Part shown: piece after piece, positions 34,927-43,495 of the stretch
How positions within the stretch are numbered: position 1 is the first letter of the stretch
Layout of the letters: every line of letters begins with the position of its first letter
Virus genome (UHGV): UHGV-0335561
Source: a virus
DNA length: 60,270 nt
Direction: 5' to 3' (one strand)
Made by a program: the position numbers and the translations under genes
The notes under the pieces: model-generated
Told to the model about the DNA's origin: nothing
Database searches by the model: none
Seen by the model: only the letters and a program-made list of their open reading frames with translations

Positions 34927-35417
34927 GTATCCTCCGGATAATAAAAAGCCAGCTTAGTGCACTGAGTGCGGATATATTCCTGCGCCCCTTCCAGCTGCTT
35001 CTGCATTGTCATCAACCGTTCTCTGAGGATGAAATAATCCCGTTCAGCGGTGTCTGCCAGTCGGGGGCCGGTTGCATTATCCACGCTGGAGGTGCCGGTG
35101 GCTTCACGCACGGTACCGGGGCAGGTGGCGTTGACCCGCAGGCGCTTACGACCAGCGGCAACATCAGCGCGCAGAGTTTCATTTTCAGCTCTCGCATCGG
35201 CTAATTCCTTCGTGTATCTGGCATCAAGCGCAGCGACATCTCGCTGGCGCTGCTGCATGTCAGTAATAGTGGCATTCGCCAGTTTCAGCTCACTGACTTT
35301 TTTATCGCGCTGCGCTTTGTAGGTGATGGCGTTATCGCGGTAATGATTCAGCCCCAGACTAAGCACACCACAGGCTACCAGCATGACAATAATCACCACA
35401 CACAGAACACGGTTCAT
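34923..35417 (-). CDS. Rz: i-spanin Rz
   Basis: N-terminal TM ([16 protein letters not shown]), coiled-coil periplasmic domain; contains embedded Rz1. Confidence 0.85.
   Translation of the reverse strand: MNRVLCVVIIVMLVACGVLSLGLNHYRDNAITYKAQRDKKVSELKLANATITDMQQRQRDVAALDARYTKELADARAENETLRADVAAGRKRLRVNATCPGTVREATGTSSVDNATGPRLADTAERDYFILRERLMTMQKQLEGAQEYIRTQCTKLAFYYPEDT
35012..35182 (-). CDS. Rz1: o-spanin Rz1 (lipoprotein), embedded in Rz in the +1 frame
   Basis: [34 protein letters not shown]; lipobox and Pro-rich. Confidence 0.85.
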   Translation of the reverse strand: MKLCALMLPLVVSACGSTPPAPVPCVKPPAPPAWIMQPAPDWQTPLNGIISSSENG

Positions 35418-35628
35418 ATCACCACCAACGGATTGCCCAGACCAGAACAGCAATGGCCACAATACGAATGGCAAATGCCATTGCCCGAATAAGTTCAGCA
35501 CTCATCTTTTTAAAGTTCACGATTTCAGCGCAATGACCAGTTTTGCCAGCCCATACAGCATCGGAGACACAGCAATACCAACAGCCACCCACTTAATAGC
35601 AAAAGCCAGCGCTCTGCTGATGTCATCA

Positions 35629-35760
35629 GTCACTGTCACCCCAGCAGCCCCGACGAAGACAACATCACCCAGGCGAGGGACAGAAAAAGAGCAACCAGCA
35701 TTAGTGAAAATGAAATACCGACAATCACACACAGGACCTTTGCCGGCGTTATGAGTTTGT
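35629..35760 (-). CDS. small hydrophobic membrane peptide (43 aa) between endolysin and Rz
   Basis: MSDKLITPAKVLCVIVGISFSLMLVALFLSLAWVMLSSSGLLG; AAGGGG RBS; a second membrane-like ORF continues in another frame. Confidence 0.45.
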
Positions 35761-35939
35761 CTGACATAGCTACCCCTTAATTGCCACAATTAACTGGGAT
35801 ACTACCCATAAAAAAGGGATGCTCCAGACCAGCAAAAATTTCCAGTTTGGTAATTGACTAATCATGAGTCGCAACTCCCTAATCAGTTTGCTAAAATCAA
35901 TCAAGGCAGCCTCCCATAGCTTACTGCCATAAAAACAAA

Positions 35940-35980
35940 ACCCCGCTTGCTGCCAACAAACGGGGTTTTTACTTTTATTC
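35940..35980. terminator. bidirectional rho-independent terminator downstream of the SAR endolysin
   Basis: aaaaccccgtttgttggcagcaagcggggtttt with flanking A/T runs. Confidence 0.7.
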
Positions 35981-36059
35981 ACTTAGGTTTTGCCAGTTCA
36001 CAGGACTTCGTGTTATCCGCCCGCGTTGGCCAACCTCATTTTTCAGCAAAATATTCTGC

Positions 36060-36593
36060 TTATCTGTCGATTCCCCAGCACGCCAGCGCGCTCTCCTGGT
36101 CACGACGGAATACCTGACCGTAACAGTTATTTGAGCGAATACGGCAGTCTCTGCCACCGTCCTTAATCCACCAGCGAATCGCTTCGCATGCTCCCCTGCG
36201 ATCACCTGCATTAATTCGTCTGTAAAACGTCGACGGGAAACACTTACCGGGACCAATGTTGTACGGACAGAATGACGCGATCCCCGCTTTCTGGGGTTCG
36301 GTCAATGGCACTTTGATGTTTTTCTCCACCCATGCCAGCGCCTTATCACGCTCAATGGCGTTAACCCGGTCGCATTTTTCCTTCGACAACTTCATGCCCG
36401 GAACGACAGGTTTGCCATCCACCAGGATGGCACCGCGGCAGATGGTCCAGATACCCGCGCCATCACGGTATGCCGTGGTGTGGTTACCTTCCTTTTCATC
36501 CAGAAACTGGTCGAGAATGTCAGGCGCAGGCGCACCAGCGGCAATCAGCGCCAGAACGGCAGCCGACAGGCCGTATCTGATTTTTGCGTTCAT
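36060..36593 (-). CDS. R: SAR endolysin (phage 21 / P1 Lyz-type lysozyme)
   Basis: 177 aa; N-terminal signal-anchor-release region (LSAAVLALIAAGAPAP), lysozyme catalytic region. Confidence 0.88.
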   Translation of the reverse strand: MNAKIRYGLSAAVLALIAAGAPAPDILDQFLDEKEGNHTTAYRDGAGIWTICRGAILVDGKPVVPGMKLSKEKCDRVNAIERDKALAWVEKNIKVPLTEPQKAGIASFCPYNIGPGKCFPSTFYRRINAGDRRGACEAIRWWIKDGGRDCRIRSNNCYGQVFRRDQESALACWGIDR

Positions 36594-36698
36594 GGATATT
36601 TATCAGGATTTATCGGTTTCTGAGCCCTGGATATGTTTATCAGTTCCAGCCTGTTGCCTCAGGCTGCTAACAGGTCAATACAATCATGAGGATTATTT

Positions 36699-36971
36699 AT
36701 GGACAATAACACCATTTCTCTACAGGAGTTGCTCGACAGCATTTCCAGGCTTCGGGAAGACGTGAATACCCTTACCGTCGCCTTCTCATATCTGGCATTC
36801 TCAATTCCAAGGGAACAGATGCAATCAACGCTGGCATCAATCCAGTTTGAATCATGCAATCCCAAATGGTCTCAGGAACAACAAGACTCTTTCAGGCGGC
36901 TTGCTGTATTACTGGATGAAAAATATGCTGGTAAAATTACCATTTCGGCGGACTCTTCAGAGAACCCGTAA
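36699..36971 (+). CDS. hypothetical 90-aa protein, opposite orientation to the lysis operon
   Basis: GAGGA RBS 7 nt upstream of ATG; 3' end overlaps the convergent 114-aa gene. Confidence 0.45.
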   Translation: MDNNTISLQELLDSISRLREDVNTLTVAFSYLAFSIPREQMQSTLASIQFESCNPKWSQEQQDSFRRLAVLLDEKYAGKITISADSSENP

Positions 36972-37281
36972 TTATTCCCGGTAGTTTTCCTCTGTAGGTT
37001 ATCAACACATCCTGCGCCTCTAAAATTACGGGGCGCTTTTCCGGCGACTGCTCATCCCCTTCACATAACCCGGCAGCAACATCCAGGAAGACCTGTCTGA
37101 TGCTCCTTCTGGCTGCTGCCTCATAAAACTCCAGCGCGGCACCTTCAACACGGTCCAGCGAGATGTCCAGGTCAAAAATTTCACCGTCAAAGCGTTTTTT
37201 GTCCCGTAACGCTAAAGTTACCGTAACTTTATTCTCAAAATTGCGGATCCCTTTCACAATCAGTTCATAGTTTTGAGTCAT
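36937..37281 (-). CDS. YdfR-like (DUF1327-like) prophage protein between holin and endolysin
   Basis: 114 aa MTQNYELIVKGIRNFENKVTVTLALRDKKRFDGEIFDLDISLDRVEGAALEFYEAAARR...; same slot as ydfR in Qin by recollection. Confidence 0.6.
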   Translation of the reverse strand: MTQNYELIVKGIRNFENKVTVTLALRDKKRFDGEIFDLDISLDRVEGAALEFYEAAARRSIRQVFLDVAAGLCEGDEQSPEKRPVILEAQDVLITYRGKLPGIITGSLKSPPKW

Positions 37282-37285
37282 TGAA

Positions 37286-37501
37286 TTACTCTCCCCGTGC
37301 CGCCTTACGACGGTCCTCTCTGATTTTGAAATACAGGTTAGTCAGATATGTCAGCAGCCCAAACAGCAGACTCCCCAGCACGCCTATTGCCGCCCACTGA
37401 GACGGGGAAACCCTGTCCAGCAACTGCAGGAACCAGTAGCCCGTTCCCACCGCTGACGTGGTGTATGACACACCTGTTGTGATTTTTTCCATCTGGTACA
37501 T
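37286..37501 (-). CDS. S: pinholin (phage 21 S21-like class II holin, dual-start)
   Basis: [71 protein letters not shown]. Confidence 0.88.
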   Translation of the reverse strand: MYQMEKITTGVSYTTSAVGTGYWFLQLLDRVSPSQWAAIGVLGSLLFGLLTYLTNLYFKIREDRRKAARGE

Positions 37502-37651
37502 ACCCCGTCTCCCGTTATCCGGAAGCTGACAACAATAAAAAAAGCCACCAGTTAAGTACTGATGGCTCTGATAACTCATGCAGGCATCTCAGACGACCCA
37601 CTGACACTACCGGTGAGTTTAACGATACCTTCCATTTGACTGGCTCACTTT

Positions 37652-39532
37652 TTATGATGATGCCGGTGCATTTATCTCCAGCACCAGACTTTCTATCTCA
37701 ACGCCATACGTTGCATTTTTGGTAATATCCGTCAGCGTCAGCGCATTCAGCCCCAGTGTCAGACTGTCTTTTATGACCTGGAATGCCGGGCCAGCCACTC
37801 CATTCAGTTTCGGAGTAACCGTGGCACTGCCGGCGGTGAACACCAGCTCCAGCGTCTGCCAGTCGTTACTGTAATTCCCGAACTCGCCCAACTTTGTGTT
37901 TCCTGCTTTCTTGTGATGCATCAGATTCAGTTTGCCGTCTGTGGTCTGGGTGAAGAACGACATCAGGAACGGGTTACCAGTCCCGGTCATCGCCACGACG
38001 TCAGGTAACGCTACATCGGTATACAGATAAATTCCCAGACCGAACTGATTGTTGGTCAGTGCGCCTGACAGTCGAAACTTACAGCTCAGTCTGCCACCCC
38101 GTGTCAGCAGGGAGACTGCGTCATCCACCGGGCGCGTCAGGGACCAGGCTTTATTGCTCTGCTTGGTGATCTTAAATACACCATCTGACAACTGAATTCC
38201 GCCATTCTTAATGCTCCAGCCCTGCGCAGCAGCATCTCCGGCTGTCGGCAACAGGGAGATTGTGCGTACGGATGCATCTTCAGACGGCCCCGATGGCGTG
38301 TCGCCGCCGGGCGAGGGTTTGATTTCCGGTGCCTTACCACTGATGAAGGCTAAGGTGCGACCGGCTACGTTCAGAATAGCAGTTGCCATACGATCGGGAA
38401 TAATGCCACGACGCGCCCATGAGCTGAAATGCGTCTGGCGATTTGATGATACCCAGTTTTTGTTCGTTCGGGATGCCGAACCGTAATATCCCTCACTTGC
38501 AGCATCCGGATCTTCCGTTGGTGCGTTGGTGGAGGTATTGTTGCCACTACCATCGGTCAGGAACGGCACAAAGAAAACGTTGTCGCTCTCCCTGTTTTTG
38601 TACGCCCCGTAAATGGTGTCGTACTGCGTGCCGTAGGTGTTTTTCCAGTAATACGTCGTGTCACCACAAATCCATGGCACACTTGCCGCTCTGCCTCCAT
38701 GACACTGCGTGTTAAACTCGGTAATGTCCGCACGAAACTGTTTCAGCATGGCCGTAAACAGCGGAGGTTGCTGTGAGTACGTAGCGGCGCTCATGTCAAA
38801 TTCGCCCTGCATCCAGCATACGGCCAGCAGCATGTTTTTTGGGTTTTTCTGCAATGCGGCCTTCGTGCGCAAAATCAGGTCCTGATATAAAGGTTTACCC
38901 ACACCCCAGCGAGCCGAATCCTGACTGGCTCCTGTGGACTCGCTGAATGTCCCCTCCGCGCCCTGGGTGAATGCCGAACCACCACGACAGCATGGAACCA
39001 GTAAAATCCCGGCATTCTGTGGAATGTAAGGCAACAGGCGTTTGGCAATATGCAAGCCCTGTCCGACACAGCCATACTGCCCTTTGCTCAGGTCTGCATT
39101 CGGGTGATTCAGTGCGCTCATATCCTGAACATCATGCAGGCAGTGGTCTGCCGGAATGATGTCGTTAAATGCGCATGCTTTACCACCGGGAGTCACTGTG
39201 TTGCGACGGGCCAGTTGCTTAATGCGTGGGTGGGGCGCATCGTAAGAATCCGGCAGCGGCATTCCCTCACCATATGACATGGCATTGGATTGACCAGCAA
39301 GTACCACCACGTAATACCACTCCGGCACGCTGCCGTGCTGGGGGGAATCAGGTGAGATGTCTGTAGTGCCATCGGCCACCATTGCCTGCATTAGATACCA
39401 CGGGGTGCCGGGTTCGTAGGCAACCCGCGTCTCCCCCTGAAGATGCCACCCTTTCGCAAGATGTTCATTCACCTTTTGAGTCAGTTCAGCCTGTGTCATG
39501 GCTGTAATCAGTGCAAAGTTCTTACTGGTCAT
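37652..39532 (-). CDS. nanS: prophage 9-O-acetyl-N-acetylneuraminate esterase NanS-p (DUF1737 N-domain plus SGNH/SASA esterase)
   Basis: 626 aa; N-terminal MTSKNFALITAMTQAELTQKVNEHLAKGW, GQSN esterase motif (VVLAGQSNAMSYGEG). Confidence 0.8.
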   Translation of the reverse strand: MTSKNFALITAMTQAELTQKVNEHLAKGWHLQGETRVAYEPGTPWYLMQAMVADGTTDISPDSPQHGSVPEWYYVVVLAGQSNAMSYGEGMPLPDSYDAPHPRIKQLARRNTVTPGGKACAFNDIIPADHCLHDVQDMSALNHPNADLSKGQYGCVGQGLHIAKRLLPYIPQNAGILLVPCCRGGSAFTQGAEGTFSESTGASQDSARWGVGKPLYQDLILRTKAALQKNPKNMLLAVCWMQGEFDMSAATYSQQPPLFTAMLKQFRADITEFNTQCHGGRAASVPWICGDTTYYWKNTYGTQYDTIYGAYKNRESDNVFFVPFLTDGSGNNTSTNAPTEDPDAASEGYYGSASRTNKNWVSSNRQTHFSSWARRGIIPDRMATAILNVAGRTLAFISGKAPEIKPSPGGDTPSGPSEDASVRTISLLPTAGDAAAQGWSIKNGGIQLSDGVFKITKQSNKAWSLTRPVDDAVSLLTRGGRLSCKFRLSGALTNNQFGLGIYLYTDVALPDVVAMTGTGNPFLMSFFTQTTDGKLNLMHHKKAGNTKLGEFGNYSNDWQTLELVFTAGSATVTPKLNGVAGPAFQVIKDSLTLGLNALTLTDITKNATYGVEIESLVLEINAPASS

Positions 39533-39810
39533 TGTGTTACTCCCGTCTGGTGTGTCAGTTCGGCTATTCTCTTATCCAGTTCAGCAATGGCCCGTTTATC
39601 CGCGTTACAGGTTTCCAGTGCATCCAGAAGGCGGTCGCCCCATATTCCGAGGTTTCCCCATGTGGGTGGGTCAGGGAAGGGGGGAGGCGTTACCGGCATG
39701 GTCAGCGTCTGCGGTATAAGCCGGACTGACGGCGCTGGCCCTGGCGCGTTCTGCGTGCCTGCGCAACCTGTCAGTAAAACGAGCGTCAGGCAAAGCGTGG
39801 GCGCATTCAT
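39529..39810 (-). CDS. o-spanin (LysC-like outer-membrane lipoprotein)
   Basis: MNAPTLCLTLVLLTGCAGTQNAPGPAPS... lipobox, Pro-rich; overlaps the i-spanin 3' end. Confidence 0.75.
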   Translation of the reverse strand: MNAPTLCLTLVLLTGCAGTQNAPGPAPSVRLIPQTLTMPVTPPPFPDPPTWGNLGIWGDRLLDALETCNADKRAIAELDKRIAELTHQTGVTQ

Positions 39811-40066
39811 CTTTTGCAATATCGTTGCGTAGCTGTTCACGTCTTACCTCTCCGTCCTGATTGCGTTGCTGATTTTCCGCGCGGAGCTGAGCCAGCACCT
39901 GCTGCATATCCTGTACCCCGGCGCTGATGATATTCAGTGTGTCGACGGTACTTTTCAGGGTGCTGGCCTGCGCTTCGTTTCTGGCGTTCTCCCGGCCCAG
40001 CGACCACGACAGACGCATGGATGTAATCAGAAGGAAAGCGACGCCAAGCGTGGGCCAGAGCTTCAT
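39671..40066 (-). CDS. i-spanin (LysB-like)
   Basis: MKLWPTLGVAFLLITSMRLSW... N-terminal TM and coiled coil; start overlaps endolysin stop. Confidence 0.75.
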   Translation of the reverse strand: MKLWPTLGVAFLLITSMRLSWSLGRENARNEAQASTLKSTVDTLNIISAGVQDMQQVLAQLRAENQQRNQDGEVRREQLRNDIAKDECAHALPDARFTDRLRRHAERARASAVSPAYTADADHAGNASPLP

Positions 40067-40455
40067 GCCGGATAGGCTCCGTGTGGTAACTGAAAATGCG
40101 GTCCGTCTTTCAGGGTCTTCCAGTCGCCGCCCCATTCCACCGGAATATTCAGTTCCTGGCTGGCCTGTCTGAATGCTGCTGCGATTTTTTCGTACAGCGG
40201 CCATTCCCATGACACCTGGTTGCCGACATAAGCCACAACATCCACGGCATGCCCTGTGAGATGGCGACTGTTCATGGTCTGGCTCTTGCCTGTGGTCACG
40301 AGCTGCTTCTGACGATAACGACTGCGCAATCCTTCGGTGATACCAAAATCCACTTCCGAGATTTCCAGCGCCCGTCGGGTCACTTTCACCAGATCAGGAT
40401 TTACACCCTGCAAATTCTTTTCGCTCCGGCTGCTGAATTTAAATGTGTTGCTCAT
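40063..40455 (-). CDS. endolysin, peptidase M15-type (L-alanyl-D-glutamate peptidase-like)
   Basis: 130 aa; HLTGHAVDV zinc-binding motif. Confidence 0.8.
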   Translation of the reverse strand: MSNTFKFSSRSEKNLQGVNPDLVKVTRRALEISEVDFGITEGLRSRYRQKQLVTTGKSQTMNSRHLTGHAVDVVAYVGNQVSWEWPLYEKIAAAFRQASQELNIPVEWGGDWKTLKDGPHFQLPHGAYPA

Positions 40456-40775
40456 TCGTTCCTCTCCTTCACCCTGCGATCAAATATTGCAATAACCTTG
40501 TCGCGTGCTTTCTCTGCGCCCATAAAACCGATTGAGGCACCAAAAAACGTCACTGCATCCTCAGGGATCCCGAAGAAGCGCAGCGACCCGGCCACGGCCA
40601 TGGCAAGAACGCCGCACGCCAGCGATCCCGTTACGGTCTGAACCAGTGTTCGTCCGTCATAAAGACTCATCAGCGCGGAAATGCTGACCGCCGCGCCTAC
40701 TGCATACACCGTTGGCAGGTGGTCAAAGAGCCACGCAATAACCTGCTCTGTGATCCCTGTTTGAATGGTGCTCAC
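40452..40775 (-). CDS. holin (GTG start after X stop)
   Basis: 2-3 predicted TM helices; GGGGGAG RBS; track ORF 40452-40994 is an upstream in-frame extension overlapping X. Confidence 0.65.
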   Translation of the reverse strand: MSTIQTGITEQVIAWLFDHLPTVYAVGAAVSISALMSLYDGRTLVQTVTGSLACGVLAMAVAGSLRFFGIPEDAVTFFGASIGFMGAEKARDKVIAIFDRRVKERNE

Positions 40776-40777
40776 TG

Positions 40778-40978
40778 CTACTCCCCCCACAACTGAATCA
40801 TTTCTCGTTTCTTCTTCTCCGGCTCCGGCATCTCCACTTCCTGCCCGGCGTCCAGAAATACCTGCTGACAGAGTCCGGGGTTGGCATCCAGCACCTTTTC
40901 GGTGACGCCCTGTGTCGTGCCGTAGTACCGGAAACAGAGCGAATCCACGGTGTCGCCTTCCAGTGCCTTCACTTTCAT
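40778..40978 (-). CDS. X: tail protein X (P2 gpX family, LysM-like)
   Basis: MKVKALEGDTVDSLCFRYYGTTQGVTEKVLDANPGL... Confidence 0.8.
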   Translation of the reverse strand: MKVKALEGDTVDSLCFRYYGTTQGVTEKVLDANPGLCQQVFLDAGQEVEMPEPEKKKREMIQLWGE

Positions 40979-41481
40979 CAGCACAGCTCCGCAAACATTC
41001 GCGGTCGTCCCAGAATGTCAGAGATGGCCCAGCTCACATCGCGCCACAAATCCGATGTCTGTATATCCAGTGCGTCCGCCCGGCGGTCGCCCTTGTCCGT
41101 TGTGTCCGCATCGCGGTAACGCTCCAGAATCAGGGCGCGTGTGGCGGTATAAACAGCATTGCGCCAGTGCCAGAGATTGACGCTTTCTCCGTTAATTACA
41201 GGGGCCGGAACATCGGCCAGCGTCTGATAGCCAGCCGCCTGTTGTTCCTGCTGCCATGCTTCCAGCTCGCGGGTAACGTGTGCTATGGCCCCGGTGGCGG
41301 TATGCAGCAGGCGGGAGGTGGTCACGCGGCCCGGCAGTCGTACCGCCAGACGCAGCTCGCGCAGCACAATATCCGGCCAGAATGCACCCGCTGAAATACG
41401 GGTATCGCCATCATCGGTGTCGGTGATGTCGTCCTCTGCGGGGCCGGGGTTAGTTCTGGCAACCATACTCATGGGGTTCAC
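40978..41481 (-). CDS. L: head completion/stabilisation protein (P2 gpL family)
   Basis: 167 aa; position between M and X. Confidence 0.75.
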   Translation of the reverse strand: MNPMSMVARTNPGPAEDDITDTDDGDTRISAGAFWPDIVLRELRLAVRLPGRVTTSRLLHTATGAIAHVTRELEAWQQEQQAAGYQTLADVPAPVINGESVNLWHWRNAVYTATRALILERYRDADTTDKGDRRADALDIQTSDLWRDVSWAISDILGRPRMFAELC

Positions 41482-41573
41482 TCCTGAAAAAATCGGGCGG
41501 TGGGTGCGCGGTGTAAACGGTCACGGAGTCAAACCGGAACACCGCGCACGCCGCCCGCTGACGGGGTCAGTCG

Positions 41574-42374
41574 TTAACCGCGCTTTGCCTTCTGCGTCGC
41601 GGTGGTTTTTCGTGTTGCAGGCTTCCGCGTTGTCTTTTTACTTTTGCTGCTTTCGTCCTGCGCCTGCTGTGCGCTGGCGTCTTCTGGTTCGGCTGCGGAA
41701 TCGGCTTTTTTCAGGGCGCGGGAAAGGGTTGCAATCTCGCGTTTCACACCTGCGTTCGGGTTCAGGTGCATCGCTTCGCGCAGCAGCTTCAGTGATGAGG
41801 CCATGTTGTCTGCATCGGTCAGGCCACGACGGGCAAAGGCACACGCCTTGCATAATTTGGCGCGCACTTCGTCCGGCATGTCCTGGTTGGCGATAATTTC
41901 CCAAAGTGTGTCCAGTGGTTCGATAAAGGCGGATAAATCCGCGTCGGCATCCGTCCCAGCCTGCGTCAGTACCGGGTTGCAGATTTCTTCGGTCAGTACC
42001 GTGGCAGCAGTACGGCCAAAGTTATCCGGCATGATGAGGTTGTGACGGACCACATATGCACCAATACGCAGCGCCAGCGGAAGATCGCCGCAGTCAATCG
42101 CCCACACCATCAGCGTGGCAATTACTTCGTCCTGTTGCCCGCCGTCAGCCTCCAGCGTTCCCTCAATCCAGCCGGAAAAGTCCGGCAACAACTCTTTTTT
42201 GATGGCGGCTTTCGCGCTTCTGGCCTGTATGGCCTTTAGCCTGGCCTGTGCCAGACGCAGACGATACAGCACCTCTTCATGCGCGGTACACGCGGCGTGG
42301 TCCACACCTTCATTCGCCCGGCCTGCGCGCTGTGCCATCACGTTCTGCCAGTGTTGTTGTGCAGGAGTAATCAT
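41574..42374 (-). CDS. M: terminase endonuclease (small) subunit (P2 gpM family)
   Basis: 266 aa; basic C-terminal tail. Confidence 0.8.
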   Translation of the reverse strand: MITPAQQHWQNVMAQRAGRANEGVDHAACTAHEEVLYRLRLAQARLKAIQARSAKAAIKKELLPDFSGWIEGTLEADGGQQDEVIATLMVWAIDCGDLPLALRIGAYVVRHNLIMPDNFGRTAATVLTEEICNPVLTQAGTDADADLSAFIEPLDTLWEIIANQDMPDEVRAKLCKACAFARRGLTDADNMASSLKLLREAMHLNPNAGVKREIATLSRALKKADSAAEPEDASAQQAQDESSKSKKTTRKPATRKTTATQKAKRG

Positions 42375-42419
42375 TTTTTCTCTCCGTTACAGGCGGGCAT
42401 GATGCCCGCCGTGAGTTGA

Positions 42420-43472
42420 TTAGCTGTCGGCGAACTTCAGGCCAGTGACCATCGCGCACTTGCCATAGTCTTCAACGACATAAGCGTCATTGATGGACTG
42501 GTAGGTGGCGATGCGGTTGTATTCCGGCTCGTCTTTCATCAGGCGACGCATTGAACCTTTCTGCCAGTAAATCGACAGGTTGTTGAACGAGGTGATAAGC
42601 ATCGTTGCATCCGGGAAGAACGGCGCAAGGAACACGCCCAGCCCGCCAATGGTGCGCGATGACAGGATGAGCTGCCCGGCAAGTAATTCCGCATTGGGAT
42701 TCTGGCCGCTGATGCTGTTCAGCACGGGCAGACGCAGCGAGTTAAACAGGTTGCGCCCCATAATCACCGCGAGGTCGTCAGCTTCCTTGTGCCATTCATC
42801 CAGCAGGGATGAGCGCGCATCCTGTACCAGAGCATCGGCATTCGCATACTTACCCGCGTGCGCCACAGTGTTGTCCATGTTGCGGGAGGTCAGCGTCACG
42901 TCATTCATTACGCGCTCGCTGGCATCGGTTCTGATGTGCTCCAGCCAGCCCACGTTAACGTCCTGAAGCAGCTTGTTGGTGTGAAAATCAGACTCGTAGG
43001 CGTGGGATGTGCCGTTAAAGCCAATCATGATGCGATCAAGCGCTACCTGCCGGGCGATCTGTGTACTGATACGGGACTGAAAATCGCTGTGGGCCGCCCA
43101 GGTATCAAGCTGTGGGTACGAAATAAAGGTATCGTAGTTCACCTGTTCGCACTGGTACTGACGAGACTTCATATCGATCACGTTATTCGGGTTACGGCGT
43201 TTGATGCCGTCATAACTGCTATTCGTGCGCGCAATTGGCCCGGTGGTGTCCAGGAGGATTTTTTCGCCTTTCTGGTCGGTCACGCCGATCACGTTAATTC
43301 TTTTCGTAAATTCGGTACTTTCCTTTGAGGCGTTTTCAAAACGCTGCTGCACCGCGGGTTCCACGGTAAATCGCGATACCAGTGCAGATACCGGGATATT
43401 GTTAAGCGACGCCTGCTGCGCCATATAGCAACCCAGCTTGTTGCGGGTAATATCTGACATCACCAGATTCAT
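42420..43472 (-). CDS. N: major capsid protein (P2 gpN family)
   Basis: 350 aa; P2 gpN-like; exact start uncertain. Confidence 0.85.
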   Translation of the reverse strand: MNLVMSDITRNKLGCYMAQQASLNNIPVSALVSRFTVEPAVQQRFENASKESTEFTKRINVIGVTDQKGEKILLDTTGPIARTNSSYDGIKRRNPNNVIDMKSRQYQCEQVNYDTFISYPQLDTWAAHSDFQSRISTQIARQVALDRIMIGFNGTSHAYESDFHTNKLLQDVNVGWLEHIRTDASERVMNDVTLTSRNMDNTVAHAGKYANADALVQDARSSLLDEWHKEADDLAVIMGRNLFNSLRLPVLNSISGQNPNAELLAGQLILSSRTIGGLGVFLAPFFPDATMLITSFNNLSIYWQKGSMRRLMKDEPEYNRIATYQSINDAYVVEDYGKCAMVTGLKFADS

Positions 43473-43495
43473 AAAAAATTTGCTCCTTTGTCTTA

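Larger units (their letters stand above)
15796..39532 (-). mobile_element. second lambdoid prophage late region (HK97-type head, lambda-type tail, phage-21-type lysis, nanS-p), minus orientation
   Basis: Contiguous minus-strand late operon nanS-S-R-Rz-HNH-TerS-TerL-head-tail-H-M-L-K-I-J. Confidence 0.85.

Noticed and set aside
35770-35982. 70-aa minus-strand ORF (MNKSKNPVCWQQ...)
   Set aside because: It overlaps the bidirectional terminator hairpin and has no RBS; the real small gene is the 43-aa peptide further downstream.
40452-40994. Full 180-aa ORF as the holin
   Set aside because: The N-terminal 73 codons overlap the X gene in another frame; a GTG start with RBS just after the X stop gives a typical holin size.
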